A stretch of 64,000 nucleotides of DNA. Source: Octopus vulgaris (Eukaryota). The notes under the pieces were generated by a model. It was given only the letters and a program-made list of their open reading frames with translations, was not told where the DNA came from and made no database searches. The DNA is taken from positions 26,412,001 through 26,476,000 of the forward strand of contig OX597834.1 in assembly GCA_951406725.2 (NCBI GenBank), written 5' to 3'. Positions 25,304 through 39,059 of this stretch are shown here, in pieces. Made by a program: the position numbers and the translations under genes. Within the stretch, counting starts at the first letter, position 1. The number at the start of each line of letters is the position of its first letter.

Positions 25304-28300
25304 GCACGGTTGCTAGTTACACAGCACCAGAATTGGCCACATTACCTCCATGAGGCCCAATGCTTGAAAGGTGCTTTTTATGTTCCACCTGCACGGTTGC
25401 TAGTTACACAGCACCAGAATTGGCCACATTACCTCCACGAGACCCAACACTCAAAAGGTGCTTTTTATGTGCCACCTGCACGGTTGCTAGTTACACAGCA
25501 CCAGAATTGGCCACATTACCTCCATGAGACCCAACACTCAAAAGGTGCTTTTTATGTTCCACCTGCATGGTTGCTAGTTACACAGCACCAGAATTGGCCA
25601 CATTACCTCCACGAGACCCAACACTCAAAAGGTGCTTTTTATGTTCCACCTGCACGGTTGCTAGTTACACAGCCCCAGAATTGGCCACATTACCTCCACG
25701 AGACCCAACACTCAAAAGGTGCTTTTTATGTTCCACCTGCACGGTTGCTAGTTACACAGCCCCAGAATTGGGCACATTACCTCCACGAGACCCAACACTC
25801 AAAAGGTGCTTTTTATGTTCCACCTGCACGGTTGCTAGTTACACAGCCCCAGAATTGGCCACATTACCTCCATGAGGCCCAATACTTGAAAGGTGCTTTT
25901 TATGTTCCACCTGCACGGTTGCTAGTTAGACAGTCCCAGAATTGGCCACATTACCTCCATGAGGCCCAATGCTTGAAAGGTGCTTTTTATGTTCCACCTG
26001 CACGGTTGCTAGTTACACAGCACCAGAATTGGCCACATTACCTCCACGAGACCCAACACTCAAAAGGTGCTTTTTATGTTCCACCTGCACGGTTGCTAGT
26101 TACACAGCACCAGAATTGGCCACATTACCTCCACGAGACCCAACACTCAAAAGGTGCTTTTTATGTGCCACCTGCACGGTTGCTAGTTACACAGCACCAG
26201 AATTGGCCACATTCCCTCCATGAGGCCCAATGCTTGAAAGGTGCTTTTTATGTTCCACCTGCATGGTTGCTAGTTACACAACACCAGAATTGGCCACATT
26301 ACCTCCATGAGGCCCAATGCTTGAAAGGTGCTTTTTATGTTCCACCTGCATGGTTGCTAGTTACACAGCCCCAGAATTGGCCACATTACCTCCATGAGGC
26401 CCAATGCTTGAAAGGTGCTTTTTATGTTCCACCTGCACGGTTGCTAGTTACACAACACCAGAATTGGCCACATTATCTCCATGAGGCCCAATGCTTGAAA
26501 GGTGCTTTTTATGTTCCACCTGCACGGTTGCTAGTTACACAGCACCAGAATTGGCCACATTCCCTCCATGAGGCCCAATGCTTGGAAGGTGCTTTTTATG
26601 TTCCACCTGCACAGTTGCTAGTTACACAACACCAGCATTGGCCACATTACCTCCACGAGACCCAACACTCAAAAGCTGCTTTTTATGTTCCACCTGCACG
26701 GTTGCTAGTTACACAACACCAGAATTGGTCACATTACCTCCATGAGACCCAACACTCAAAAGGTGCTTTTTATGTTCCACCTGCACGGTTGCTAGTTACA
26801 CAGCACCAGCATTGGCCACATTACCTCCATGAGGCCCAATGCTTGAAAGGTGCTTTTTATGTTCCACCTGCACGGTTGCTAGTTACACAGCACCAGAATT
26901 GGCCACATTACCTCCATGAGACCCAACACTCAAAAGGTGCTTTTTATGTTCCACCTGCACGGTTGCTAGTTACACAGCCCCAGAATTGGCCACATTCCCT
27001 CCATGAGGCCCAATGCTTGAAAGGTGCTTTTTATGTTCCACCTGCACGGTTGCTAGTTACACAGCACCAGAATTGGCCACATTACCTCCATGAGACCCAA
27101 CACTCAAAAGGTGGTTTTTATGTTCCACCTGCACAGTTGCTAGTTACACAGCACCAGCATTGGCCACATTACCTCCATGAGGCCCAATGCTTGAAAGGTG
27201 CTTTTATGTTCCACCTGCACGGTTGCTAGTTACACAGCACCAGCATTGGCCACATTATCTCCATGAGGCCCAATGCTTGAAAGGTGCTTTTATGTTCCAC
27301 CTGCACGGTTGCTAGTTACACAGCACCAGAATTGGCCACATTCCCTCCATGAGGCCCAATGCTTGGAAGGTGCTTTTTATGTTCCACCTGCACAGTTGCT
27401 AGTTACACAACACCAGCATTGGCCACATTACCTCCACGAGACCCAACACTCAAAAGCTGCTTTTTATGTTCCACCTGCACGGTTGCTAGTTACACAACAC
27501 CAGAATTGGTCACATTACCTCCATGAGACCCAACACTCAAAAGGTGCTTTTTATGTTCCACCTGCACGGTTGCTAGTTACACAGCCCCAGAATTGGCCAC
27601 ATTCCCTCCATGAGGCCCAATGCTTGAAAGGTGCTTTTATGTTCCACCTGCACGGTTGCTATAGTTACACAGCACCAGAATTGGCCACATTACCTCCATG
27701 AGGCCCAATGCTTGAAAGGTGCTTTTTATGTTCCACCTGCACGGTTGCTAGTTACACAGCACCAGCATTGGCCACATTACCTCCATGAGGCCCAATGCTT
27801 GAAAGGTGCTTTTTATGTTCCACCTGCACGGTTGCTAGTTACACAGCCCCAGAATTGGCCACATTCCCTCCATGAGGCCCAATGCTTGAAAGGTGCTTTT
27901 TATGTTCCACCTGCACGGTTGCTAGTTACACAGCACCAGAATTGGCCACATTACCTCCATGAGACCCAACACTCAAAAGGTGCTTTTTATGTTCCACCTG
28001 CACGGTTGCTAGTTACACAGCCCCAGAATTGGCCACATTCCCTCCATGAGGCCCAATGCTTGAAAGGTGCTTTTTATGTTCCACCTGCACGGTTGCTAGT
28101 TACACAGCACCAGAATTGGCCACATTACCTCCATGAGACCCAACACTCAAAAGGTGGTTTTTATGTTCCACCTGCACAGTTGCTAGTTACACAGCACCAG
28201 CATTGGCCACATTACCTCCATGAGGCCCAATGCTTGAAAGGTGCTTTTATGTTCCACCTGCACGGTTGCTAGTTACACAGCACCAGCATTGGCCACATTA

Positions 28301-29037
28301 TCTCCATGAGGCCCAATGCTTGAAAGGTGCTTTTTATGTTCCACCTGCACGGTTGCTAGTTACACAGCACCAGAATTGGCCACATTACCTCCATGAGACC
28401 CAACACTCAAAAGGTGCTTTTTATGTTCCACCTGCACGGTTGCTAGTTACACAACACCAGAATTGGCCACATTCCCTCCATGAGGCCCAATGCTTGAAAG
28501 GTGCTTTTTATGTTCCACCTGCACGGTTGCTAGTTACACAACACCAGAATTGGCCACATTCCCTCCATGAGGCCCAATGCTTGAAAGGTGCTTATGTTCC
28601 ACCTGCATGGTTGCTAGTTACACAGCACCAGAATTGGCCACATTCCCTCCATGAGGCCCAATGCTTGAAAGGTGCTTTTTATGTTCCACCTGCACGGTTG
28701 CTAGTTACACAACACCAGAATTGGCCACATTACCTCCATGAGACCCAACACTCAAAAGGTGGTTTTTATGTTCCACCTGCACGGTTGCTAGTTACACAGC
28801 ACCAGAATTGGCCACATTACCTCCATGAGACCCAACACTCAAAAGGTGCTTTTTATGTTCCACCTGCACGGTTGCTAGTTACACAACACCAGAATTGGCC
28901 ACATTCCCTCCATGAGGCCCAATGCTTGAAAGGTGCTTTTTATGTTCCACCTGCACGGTTGCTAATTACACAACACCAGAATTGGCCACATTACCTCCAT
29001 GAGACCCAACACTTGAAAGGTGCTTTTTATGTGCCAC
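25304..29037. repeat. 87-bp tandem satellite, about 43 copies, two main unit variants, higher-order duplication
   Basis: Unit gcacggttgctagttacacagcaccagaattggccacattacctccatgag(gcccaatgcttg|acccaacactca)aaaggtgctttttatgttccacct; matches the 29-aa period in the ORF track. Confidence 0.95.
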
Positions 29038-30962
29038 TTACATGCATAAAAACCAAAGTTACAGAAGCATCAATGACAATTCAAAACCAATGAAATCTGA
29101 GGGCAGCTACTTTGAGTAAACTTATCTTCCTGTCATAGTCTAGCTGATATTTTTTGATTTTTAAAATACATTTATTTTTGGACGGGATATTGTCTTTTCT
29201 TTTCCTTTTATGCAGACTGTCAAATTTAGTCTGAACACCCTGTTATAATATAATGAAGGGTTGGGGGTTGACCAGAAGCCATCTTCGTTGTTTTTGTTGT
29301 TCTAATTGTTTTTGATATTGTTGCTATGCTTTTACTTGCTTCAGTCATTTGACTGCAGCCATGCTGGAGCACCGCCTTTAGTCGAGCAAATTGACCCCAC
29401 TTCTTATTCTTTGTAAGCCTAGTACTTATTCTATCGGTCTATTTTGCCGACCCACTAAGTTACGGGAATATAAAGACACCAGCATTGGTTGTCAAGCGAT
29501 GTTGGGGGGGACAAAAACCCACACACAAACTTATACACACACATACATGTATATATATATATACATATATATGACGGGCCTCTTTCAGTTTCCGTCTACC
29601 AAATTCACTCACAAGGGTTTGGTTAGCTCGAGGCTATAGTAGAAGACACTTGCCCAAGGTGCCACGCAGTGGGACTGAACCCGGAACCATGTGGTTGGTA
29701 AGCAAGCTACTTACCACACAGCCACTCCTGTTATTGTTGCTATTTTTGTTGTTGTTTTTCTTATCAGGATGATGCATATATTAACGAGAAATGAAACATG
29801 TAATTTGTGGAAAAGAAAATTCAAACACACACACACACACACACACAAGTATATAAATACATACATGCATTTGAACATAAACACAAATACACACACACAC
29901 ACACACACATACAAACACTAACAAACATCCTCACCACATACATACAGACACCCACATATTTCATAGTGACATTTCTTACCCATACAAACACAAGCACACA
30001 CATATACAATCACACATACACTTATATACACTCAAAGAAACATACTCTTTACTCTTTTACTTGTTTCAGTCATTTGACTGCGGCCATGCTGGAGCACCGC
30101 CTTTAGTCGAGCAAATCGACCCCGGGACTTATTCTTTTGTAAGCCCAGTACTTATTCTATCGGTCTCTTTTGCTGAACCGCTAAGTAACGGGGACATAAA
30201 CACCCCAGCATCGGTTGTCAAGCAATGCTAGGGGGACAAACACAGACACACAAACATATACACACACACACATATATATATATACATATATACGACAGGC
30301 TTCTTTCAGTTTCTGTCTACCAAATCCACTCACAAGGCATTGGTCGGCCCGGGGCTATAGCAGAAGACACTTGCCCAAGATGCCACGCAGTGGGACTGAA
30401 CCCGGAACCATGTGGTTGGTTAGCAAGCTACTTACCACACAGCCACTCCTGCGCCTATACATTCACATACACTCACAAAATCGCACACATATGCAAACAC
30501 ACTCATATGTATACACTCAAAGAAACACACACATACACGCACACACACATACACACACATACTTTTATACTCACAGAATAAATACCGTACACACATATAC
30601 AGACAACTGCATGCACATAATGACTCTACTTCCACATACAAACACATACACACACATACACATACACACATAACACACACAACAGCAGCATCAACTTCAA
30701 CAAAAGATTTTGTTGAGGGGGGTCCCGGGGTGGGGGAAGGGGGGGGTCAAATATTTAACAAATTGTGTTAAATTGATGTTAGCTGACTCAACTGTAACAC
30801 CCAGATCACAGATTCAGATTACATAGCTACTGTGTGCGTATGTATATATAAAATATACACACATACACATATAATATGTGAGTGTGTGTATATATAATAT
30901 ATTCACATAAACACATGCACACACACACATACATAGATACGTATACACACACAAATATATAT

Positions 30963-31077
<115 letters not shown>

Positions 31078-31411
31078 TCACATGCTTACATCACACACAA
31101 TTATGTACATACATACAGGCACACATATATTGTACATACAGGCATTATATATACATACATACACCCAGGCAGACAGACATTACACATGTGATTAGCAATT
31201 GCCCAAAAATGTCATCAAGGTACTACCTCCCTATGTGACACAACTTTGTCGCTAACACAATAATGCCATCCGGAAAAAAAAAACTGTCCTGGAATAAATA
31301 TAGAGAATCCCCCTGTTATTAAATATGCACACAAATATCAGCACATGGAAAATATTTTTTAAGTTTAAACATAACAAGTTGGATATTGTTTGGGACAGAC
31401 AAGGAAAAGTA

Positions 31412-32684
31412 TGTAATCTGATCAAAAAGTATCCGGACTGTTGCCATAGTAATGAAGCTAAAGCATGCAAAGTGAAGCCTCTTTGTACAGGTTGACCTTA
31501 AATTCTTCTGTGCATGTACACTAAGTTTTAACATTCTAGCTCATATGTACCGCTTACAGCAGTGCTTGGAAGGAAGATGTGTAGCATGTGATTGTCGCAT
31601 TGGTCATGGTATAGAAAGTTGAGCAGAGAATCTGCATCAAATTTTGCCAAAAGCTTAGCGATACCTGCAAAACTTTTATAAATAGGCATAGGAATGGCTT
31701 GTGTGGTAAGTAGCTTGCTTACGAACCACATGGTTCCGAGTTCAGTCCCACTGCATGGTACCTTGGGCAAGTGTCTTCTACTATAGCCTTGAGCCAACCA
31801 AAGCCTTGTGAGTGGATTTGGTAGATGAAAACTGAAAGAAGCCTGTCATATATATGTATATATATATATATGTGTGTGTGTGTATGTTTGTATGTCTGTG
31901 TTTGTCCTCCCAACATCGCTTGACAACTGATGCTGGTGTGTTTACATCCTCGTAACTTAGCGGTTCGGCAAAAGAGGCTAACAGAATAAGTACTAGGCTT
32001 CCAAAGAATAAGATGTGGGGTCAATTTGCTTGACTAAAAAGGTGGTGCTCCAGCATGGCCACAGTCAAAATGACTGAAACAAGTAAAAGAGTAAAGTTTA
32101 ATCATTCTTGATACAATCAAGGTGATCTTGTGCAACTGAAACCCGAGTGTCTTCTTTGTCAGCTGAAAGCAGTTTTGGCACAAACTTGGCAGAAACTAAT
32201 CTCATACCCAAATCTTCTGTGATAATGGACTGAACTGAACCGTAACTAATCTGCACATCCTCTGATAACTCACAGATAGTGATTTGATGATTTCTGCTCA
32301 CAGCTGCATGCTCATCTGTGATGTTTTTCTCAGTTCTGCTGTTTGCAGGTCTCCCAGAATGTTTATCAATATCGACATTTTTTGGCCATCTTGGAAACGT
32401 CTGAACCACTCGTACACTCCACTTCATACACTTTCTGCAACTTTGTGTTGACCTCTGAGCAGGTATTGCCATGACAACTTTCTCTGTCATGGTCAATGCA
32501 ATGATCACATGCTACACTCCTTCCTTCCAAGCACTGCTATAAACAGTAGAAATGAGCTAGAACATTAAAACTTAGTGCACACGCACAGCAGAGTTCATGC
32601 TCAATCTTTGCTCAGCAGCTTTACTCTGTGTGCTTTAGTTTCGTTACTATGGCAACAGTCCGGATACTTATTGATCAGACCTCG
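31412..32684. mobile_element. Mariner remnant made of two inverted 5' ends, with SINE A (31685-32096) between them
   Basis: TA-flanked TIRs (tctgatcaa.aagtatccggactgttgccatagtaa). Minus ORF 32098-32508 has SGRP..IT..EL...ISYGSVQSIITEDLGMRLVSAKFVPKLL (mariner HTH plus WVPHEL-type linker). Left arm encodes KVEQRICIKFCQKL. Confidence 0.8.
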
Positions 32685-33856
32685 TATGTGCTGTCATAGA
32701 GTTCAACTGTTCTGATGTGAATAGCTCTTTCAAAATCGAAGGGTAAGAGGATAACTTTGGACAACTGCTTCAAAACCTTAAGCTTCTATATCCAGATTAC
32801 AAATTTACGTTTATATCAATTATATTTGGTACACTTGGTATTGTGAGTAAATGACTAAGTGACAATCTTGTCAGGTTAGGCTGTCCAGAAAAAGACATCA
32901 ACCGACTGACATGTACATTACATATACAATTTGTAAATGGAACAGTAAAAATATGTGAGACTTTTCTCAAGTTTAAAATGTGACATTGTTTTTGTTATCT
33001 ACATTCTAACGAAGGGGCTTTGTATCATTGTTAGAAACTACCTCCTTCTTCACAGGAAGAATTTAGATAATTAAAGACAGAAACACACATACATGTATAC
33101 ACTTATATACATTCATGTACCATGAATGTATATAAGTGTGTGTCAATTTGTGACCGAGTAAGACCATTTTTTAAACCCATTTCACTCTAAGAAACATCAC
33201 ATGTTTGGTCTCCCCATTGCTGATGACTTCTCATATGGCTAAGTCCAGCAAGGAATCTACAAGTCATTCTGCATCAACCACAAGTTAGCCTTCAAGCAAC
33301 AGTCTGATCATCTTGATGATGGGACCTTTAATGTCAAGTGAGTCCACTGGCCAACCTATGCACTCTTCTACACAAAGTGCAAAAAAGAACATACTAGATA
33401 TCACATAGGTAGATGGGGGCGCCCCTGTAACCACACTTGTGGTTGAGTAGGCCTGACCATACTAGTCACATGACCACACTAGTCCCAGGAAAGAAACTCT
33501 ATGGTGTCCTTCTCAGGGAGAGGATTCACATCCTTCATATATTTACCAGAACATTTCAAATCAATATTTGCAATCCTGTTGTTCTCAAATTCCTTAACAC
33601 AAGTTGCAGTCAGATCCCTGTGCAGTTCCCTATATGATGCAAGGTCTCCCCAGGTGTTAGTATTGATATGTCTTTAATATTGTCTCTGAAATGCTTGTGT
33701 GACATTCATTGGGGGATGTTTTCCTTGCTCCAGTTCACCTTACGACACCTGTTTTGACATGTGGGTGCACCCTAAAAGGACAAAAATGACCAGATCATCT
33801 AAGTTGGGGTTTCATAGTCATGGGGTCAATTATCATTTTTGCCAGCTGCAGAGAAG

Positions 33857-34238
33857 GAAGCACTCCGTCGGTTACGACAACGAGGGTTCCGGTTGATCCG
33901 ATCAACGGAACAGCCTGCTCGTGAAATTAACGTGTAAGTGGCTGAGCACTCCACAGATACGTGTACCCTTAACGTAGTTCTCGGGGATATTCAGCGTGAC
34001 ACAGAGAGTGACAAGGCCGGCCCTTTGAAATACAGGTACAACAGAAACAGGAAGTAAGAGTGAGAGAAAGTTGTGGTGAAAGAGTACAGCAGGGATCACC
34101 ACCATCCCCTGCCGGAGCCTCGTGGAGCTTTTAGGTGTTTTCGCTCAATAAACACTCACAACGCCCGGTCTGGGAATCGAAACCACGATCCTACGACCGC
34201 GAATCCGCTGCCCTAACCACTGGGCCATTGCGCCTCCA
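33857..34238 (-). mobile_element. tRNA-derived SINE 'family D'; second copy at about 37499-37850(+)
   Basis: Reverse complement GGAGGCGCAATGGCCCAGTGGTTAGGGCAGCGG..GGTTTCGATTCCCAGACC shows A and B boxes. Confidence 0.75.
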
Positions 34239-34264
34239 CAGCCAGCTGCAGTATTCATGCATCA

Positions 34265-34866
34265 AGCGGCGAGCTGGCAGAAACGTTAGCATGACGGGTG
34301 AAATGCGTAGCCGTATTTCATCTGCCGTTTCGTTCTGAGTTCAAATTCCGCCGAGGTCGACTTTGCCTTTCATCCCTTAGGGGTTGATTAAATAAGTACC
34401 AGTTACACACTGGGGTCGATATTAATCAACTTAATCCGTTTGTCTGTCCTTGTTTGTCCCCTCTGTGTTTAGCCCCTTGTGGGCAGTAAAGAAATACGTA
34501 TTTCGTCTGCCGTTTCATTCTGAGTTCAAATTCCGCCGAGGTCGACTTTGCCTTTCATCCCTTCGGGGTTGATTAGATAAGTACCAGTTACACACTGGGG
34601 TCGATATTAATCAACTTAATCCGTTTGTCTGTCCTTGTTTGTCCCCTCTGTGTTTAGCCCCTTGTGGGCAGTAAAGAAATACGTATTTCGTCTGCCGTTT
34701 CATTCTGAGTTCAAATTCCGCCGAGGTCGACTTTGCCTTTCATCCCTTCGGGGTTGATTAGATAAGTACCAGTTACACACTGGGGTCGATATAATCAACT
34801 TAATCCGTTTGTCTGTCCTTGTTTGTCCCCTCTGTGTTTAGCCCCTTGTGGGTAGTAAAGAAATAG
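34265..34866 (+). mobile_element. SINE B trimer (one full head plus two 185-bp headless repeats)
   Basis: gtatttc.tctgccgtttc recurs at 34313, 34498 and 34683. Confidence 0.85.
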
Positions 34867-34867
34867 A

Positions 34868-35010
34868 TACATGAGATTGCCTTGAGATCTTTAGGATATT
34901 ATGCAAGCACCACTGGTGAAAGTGCTGAAGATGTTGAATATACCTGAAGTAGGTTGTCCAGGTCTGGCATCCACACAACAGTGAAGTTAAGACACATGTT
35001 TGATAGACCT
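34868..35010 (-). mobile_element. RTE LINE RT fragment
   Basis: VYQTCVLTSLLCGCQTWT..IQHLQHFHQWCLHNILKI resembles the RTE LLYGSETW..L..FH.RCLR.IL.I motif. Confidence 0.6.
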
Positions 35011-35914
35011 CCACTACCATCATCATCATCATTGCCTTAACTTCAGTTTTTTTTCCATGCTTGCATCGCTCAAATAGATTTCTTTAAGGTGAATTTTTAA
35101 CAGCTCCAAGCCCTCTCCTGTTGCCCACACCCACCTCTTCACGAAGACAGGAAACGATTGACACTGCTTGTGTGATGGTGCAGCTTGTTTACAACTGACA
35201 GATGATGTCAAGACAAGGAGACACAAACGGTTGTTACAGTGACACTGTGATATAGCTGCGTATATATTGTCGTTGTCATTGCCACCCCCGTTGCCGCCAT
35301 CACCACCACCATCGTTGTTGTTGTTGTCATCATTGTTGTCATCATCTAATATTTGTCTTCCATGCTGGCATGTGTTGGACAGTTACTCTCCGCAGCTGGC
35401 AAGCCAGAGGACTGCACCAAACTCCACTGTCTTTTATTTGGTATGGTTTTCTATGATAGGATGTCCTTCCTAATGCCAACTACTATACAAAGTAGACTGG
35501 GGGCTTTATTCATTATATGGCACCAGCACTGGTGAGGTCTGCTTTGGCATGATTTTTACACCTGGATGCTTTCTACGTGGCACTGGCACCAGTGAGGGGT
35601 TCTTTCAGTTTTATTCTATCACAAATCTACTTACAAGATTTTTGTTTGGCTTGGGGCTATAATAGCAGAAAACATTAATTAGCTGAAGGTACCACACAAG
35701 GGGATTGAACCCGAAACCACGGTGTAATAACATAAGTGATTCCACTGATTATTAATCTGGGATCACTTGAGTGGTAAGCCTATATTAGCCAATGCTTGCC
35801 AGAGTGTCCAGGTAACGTCGATGATATGGTTTGGTCTTGGGAAACTCAGCAGCTGACCCGATAGAATCACAATTCAATAGTCAAAAAGTCTAGCAATGGA
35901 TTTATTACACAAAC

Positions 35915-36705
35915 ACCACATACATACATGCATACATACATACACACATACATACATGCATGCATTCATACATATACATACATGCATACACACACATACA
36001 TACATACATTCATACACATACATACATATGCATACATGCATGCATACATACATACATACATACATACATACATACATACATACATACATACATACATACA
36101 TACATACATACATACATACATACATACATACATACATGCATACATACATACATATACACATACATACACACACACATACATACATACATACATACATACA
36201 TACATACACATACATACATACATACATACATACATACATACATACATACATACATACATACATGCATACATACATACATACATGCATACATACATACATA
36301 CATTCATACACATACATACATACATACATGCATGCATTCATACATATACATACATACACACACACATACATACATACATACATATACATACATACACACA
36401 CACATACATACATGCATACATACATAAACACACATGCACACACATACTTGCATACAATCATACATACACACACTCATACACACATATATATATACACACA
36501 TATATATATACACATATTTATATATATATATGTGTATACGTATATACATACTAACATACATGCATATGTTGAGTATATGTGTATTGAGCATATATATATA
36601 TATATATATACATACATACATACATACATACATACATACATACCTATATACATACATATATATATACATATATAATACACACACACACACACACATACAT
36701 ACACA
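35915..36705. repeat. (CATA)n compound microsatellite
   Basis: Seen directly. A comparable (TATG)n tract lies at 46727-47325 and a long (TA)n-rich tract at 37100-37497. Confidence 0.95.
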
Positions 36706-37247
36706 TTTCTATACGTATGTCTTTATAATGGATTGCACCAGACTTTAGTTCTCAGAGTTTTCTCCTCTGTTAACATGAATTTTCAATTAGCTTTGTCCAT
36801 AGTTGTTCTGCTCATATTTGGGCAATGTCAGGTCAGAGGTGAGTGCAAAGAAGTTCTTATTTCATTGGCAGTGGGGGTAAGGCCAGGTAGGATGGGGAGA
36901 TTGCGGCGATGATGGTGGAAGTGATGCTGCTTAGAGAAGTCGGGTGATGCTTCGTTTTTGTATGTCGCGTATTTGTTTGTTATTCTTTAAAGTTTGTTTG
37001 CATTTGATTTATTTTACAGATTCTTTTTACATAATGTTTAAGTGTTTGAGATGAGGCGTATATTTTATTAAGGTTTTAGTAATTTTTATGGTGTATGCTT
37101 GTATATGTTATATATATATATATTTATCTATATGTATATGTGTGTGTGTGTGTGTATGTATATGTATATGTATATACATATATATATTGATATGTATATA
37201 CATACATACATATATATACATACACATACATATATATATATATATAC

Positions 37248-37346
<99 letters not shown>

Positions 37347-37415
37347 TATCTATACATATATATATTTTTAAATTTATATAATTTATATATTTTTTAAAAT
37401 TTATATACATATATT

Positions 37416-37497
<82 letters not shown>

Positions 37498-38579
37498 ATA
37501 GAGGTGCAATGGCCCAGTGGTTAGGGCAGTGGACTCGCAGTTGTAGGATTGTGGTTTCGATTCCCAGACCGGGCATTGTGAGTGTTTATTGAGCAAAAAC
37601 ACCTAAAGCTCCATGAGGCTTCAGCAAGGGGTGGTGGTGAACCCTGCTGTACTCTTTCACCACTACTTTCTCTCACTCTTTCTTTCTTCCTGTTTCTGTT
37701 GTACCTGTATTTCAAAGGGCTAACCTTGTCACACACTGTGTCATGCTGAATCTCCCCAAGAACTATGTTTAGGGAACACATGTCTGTGGAGTACTCAGCC
37801 ACTTGCATGTTAATTTCATGAGGAGGCTGTTCCTTTGATCAAATCAACTGGATCTGATATATACGACTGTTATCGTATATATGTCTATATATAATATGTA
37901 TATTTATATGTATATACACGTGTGTATATGTTTACCTTTCTGTATGTATGTTTTACATATCTTTTTTTTTATCCTTTACTTCTTACAATCATTCAATTGT
38001 GGCCATGCTGGGGCACCATTTTGAGAGGTTTACTTTTCAATCCTGGTACTTACTCTATCGGCCTCTTTTGTTGAACCTCTAAAATATTGGATGTAAATAA
38101 ACCAACACTGATTGCCCAGTGGGGACAAACACATACACAAAGCTATACACATACATCTGTATGTATACACACACACACACACACACACATATATACATAT
38201 ATGTGTATATACATGCACACACACATACATACATACACACATACACACACATATGCACATATATATACACAGACATACATGCCTGTATATATATATATGT
38301 GTGTGTGTGTGTGTAAGTGCATGAGTATACAATTATTATAGTTGACACCCACCTGTTGTAATTTGATTATTTACACACACACACTCTCACACACATATAT
38401 ATGTGTTTGAGAGTGTGTGTGTAAATAATCAAAGAGAGATCTACATGGAGTGGTGTAGGGTAGATGTTTTTAGGAAGCACCTTGACCTGCTGTCCAAGAT
38501 TCCTGATGAATCTTCACCACAACAAAAAACTCAAACAAGGGCAGCAGAATCAAACTCTCACATGTCACATCCACATGTC

Positions 38580-38612
<33 letters not shown>

Positions 38613-39059
38613 ACACACACGGGCACACACATGATGAGCTTCCACACGCTTTCCATCTACCAAATTCACTCTAAGGCTTATATTTTACATAAATTTATAC
38701 ATTAACCTATTTATATTTTACTATAGATATTGAAAAAAAATCTTTCCATCTCTCAAGCTGAGGTCAATCATCAAAATGAAAAAGAAATGACAAATACATT
38801 TATTTTTTTTTGCCTATTTTTGTACATAATATTGCTTGCTTTTTTTTTCTCTTGCTTCCCTTCTATGTTACCTCCGTGTTGTGTTTAAGAGAGCACTTGA
38901 CATATATGTATTTTCCTGTGTAGAGGGCATAGTGGGGGAAATGTTATAGTATCTATGTGTATTTAAGTATGTTTAGGAAGTTTGCTTTGGTGCTGTAAGG
39001 TTTCAGTTTTAGTCAGCTGTATAACATCTTGGGGTATCTACTGGACACCAAAGCTTTGT

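Noticed and set aside
25301-29093. 642-aa and following ORFs with a 29-aa repeat, as a real protein or CRISPR-like array
   Set aside because: An 87-bp stop-free unit gives a long ORF automatically. The frame breaks at T-run indels, variants are mostly non-synonymous, the unit resembles a retroposon UTR, and there are no unique spacers or cas genes.
34165-34238. tRNA genes at SINE heads
   Set aside because: A and B boxes are present, but each continues into a multi-copy SINE body and no clean cloverleaf is evident.
35874-37602. [12 protein letters not shown] ORFs (also at 1076-1712, 43618-44026, 46358-47370, 62610-63751)
   Set aside because: Microsatellite translations. Only 46602-46727 within them looks like a real exon.
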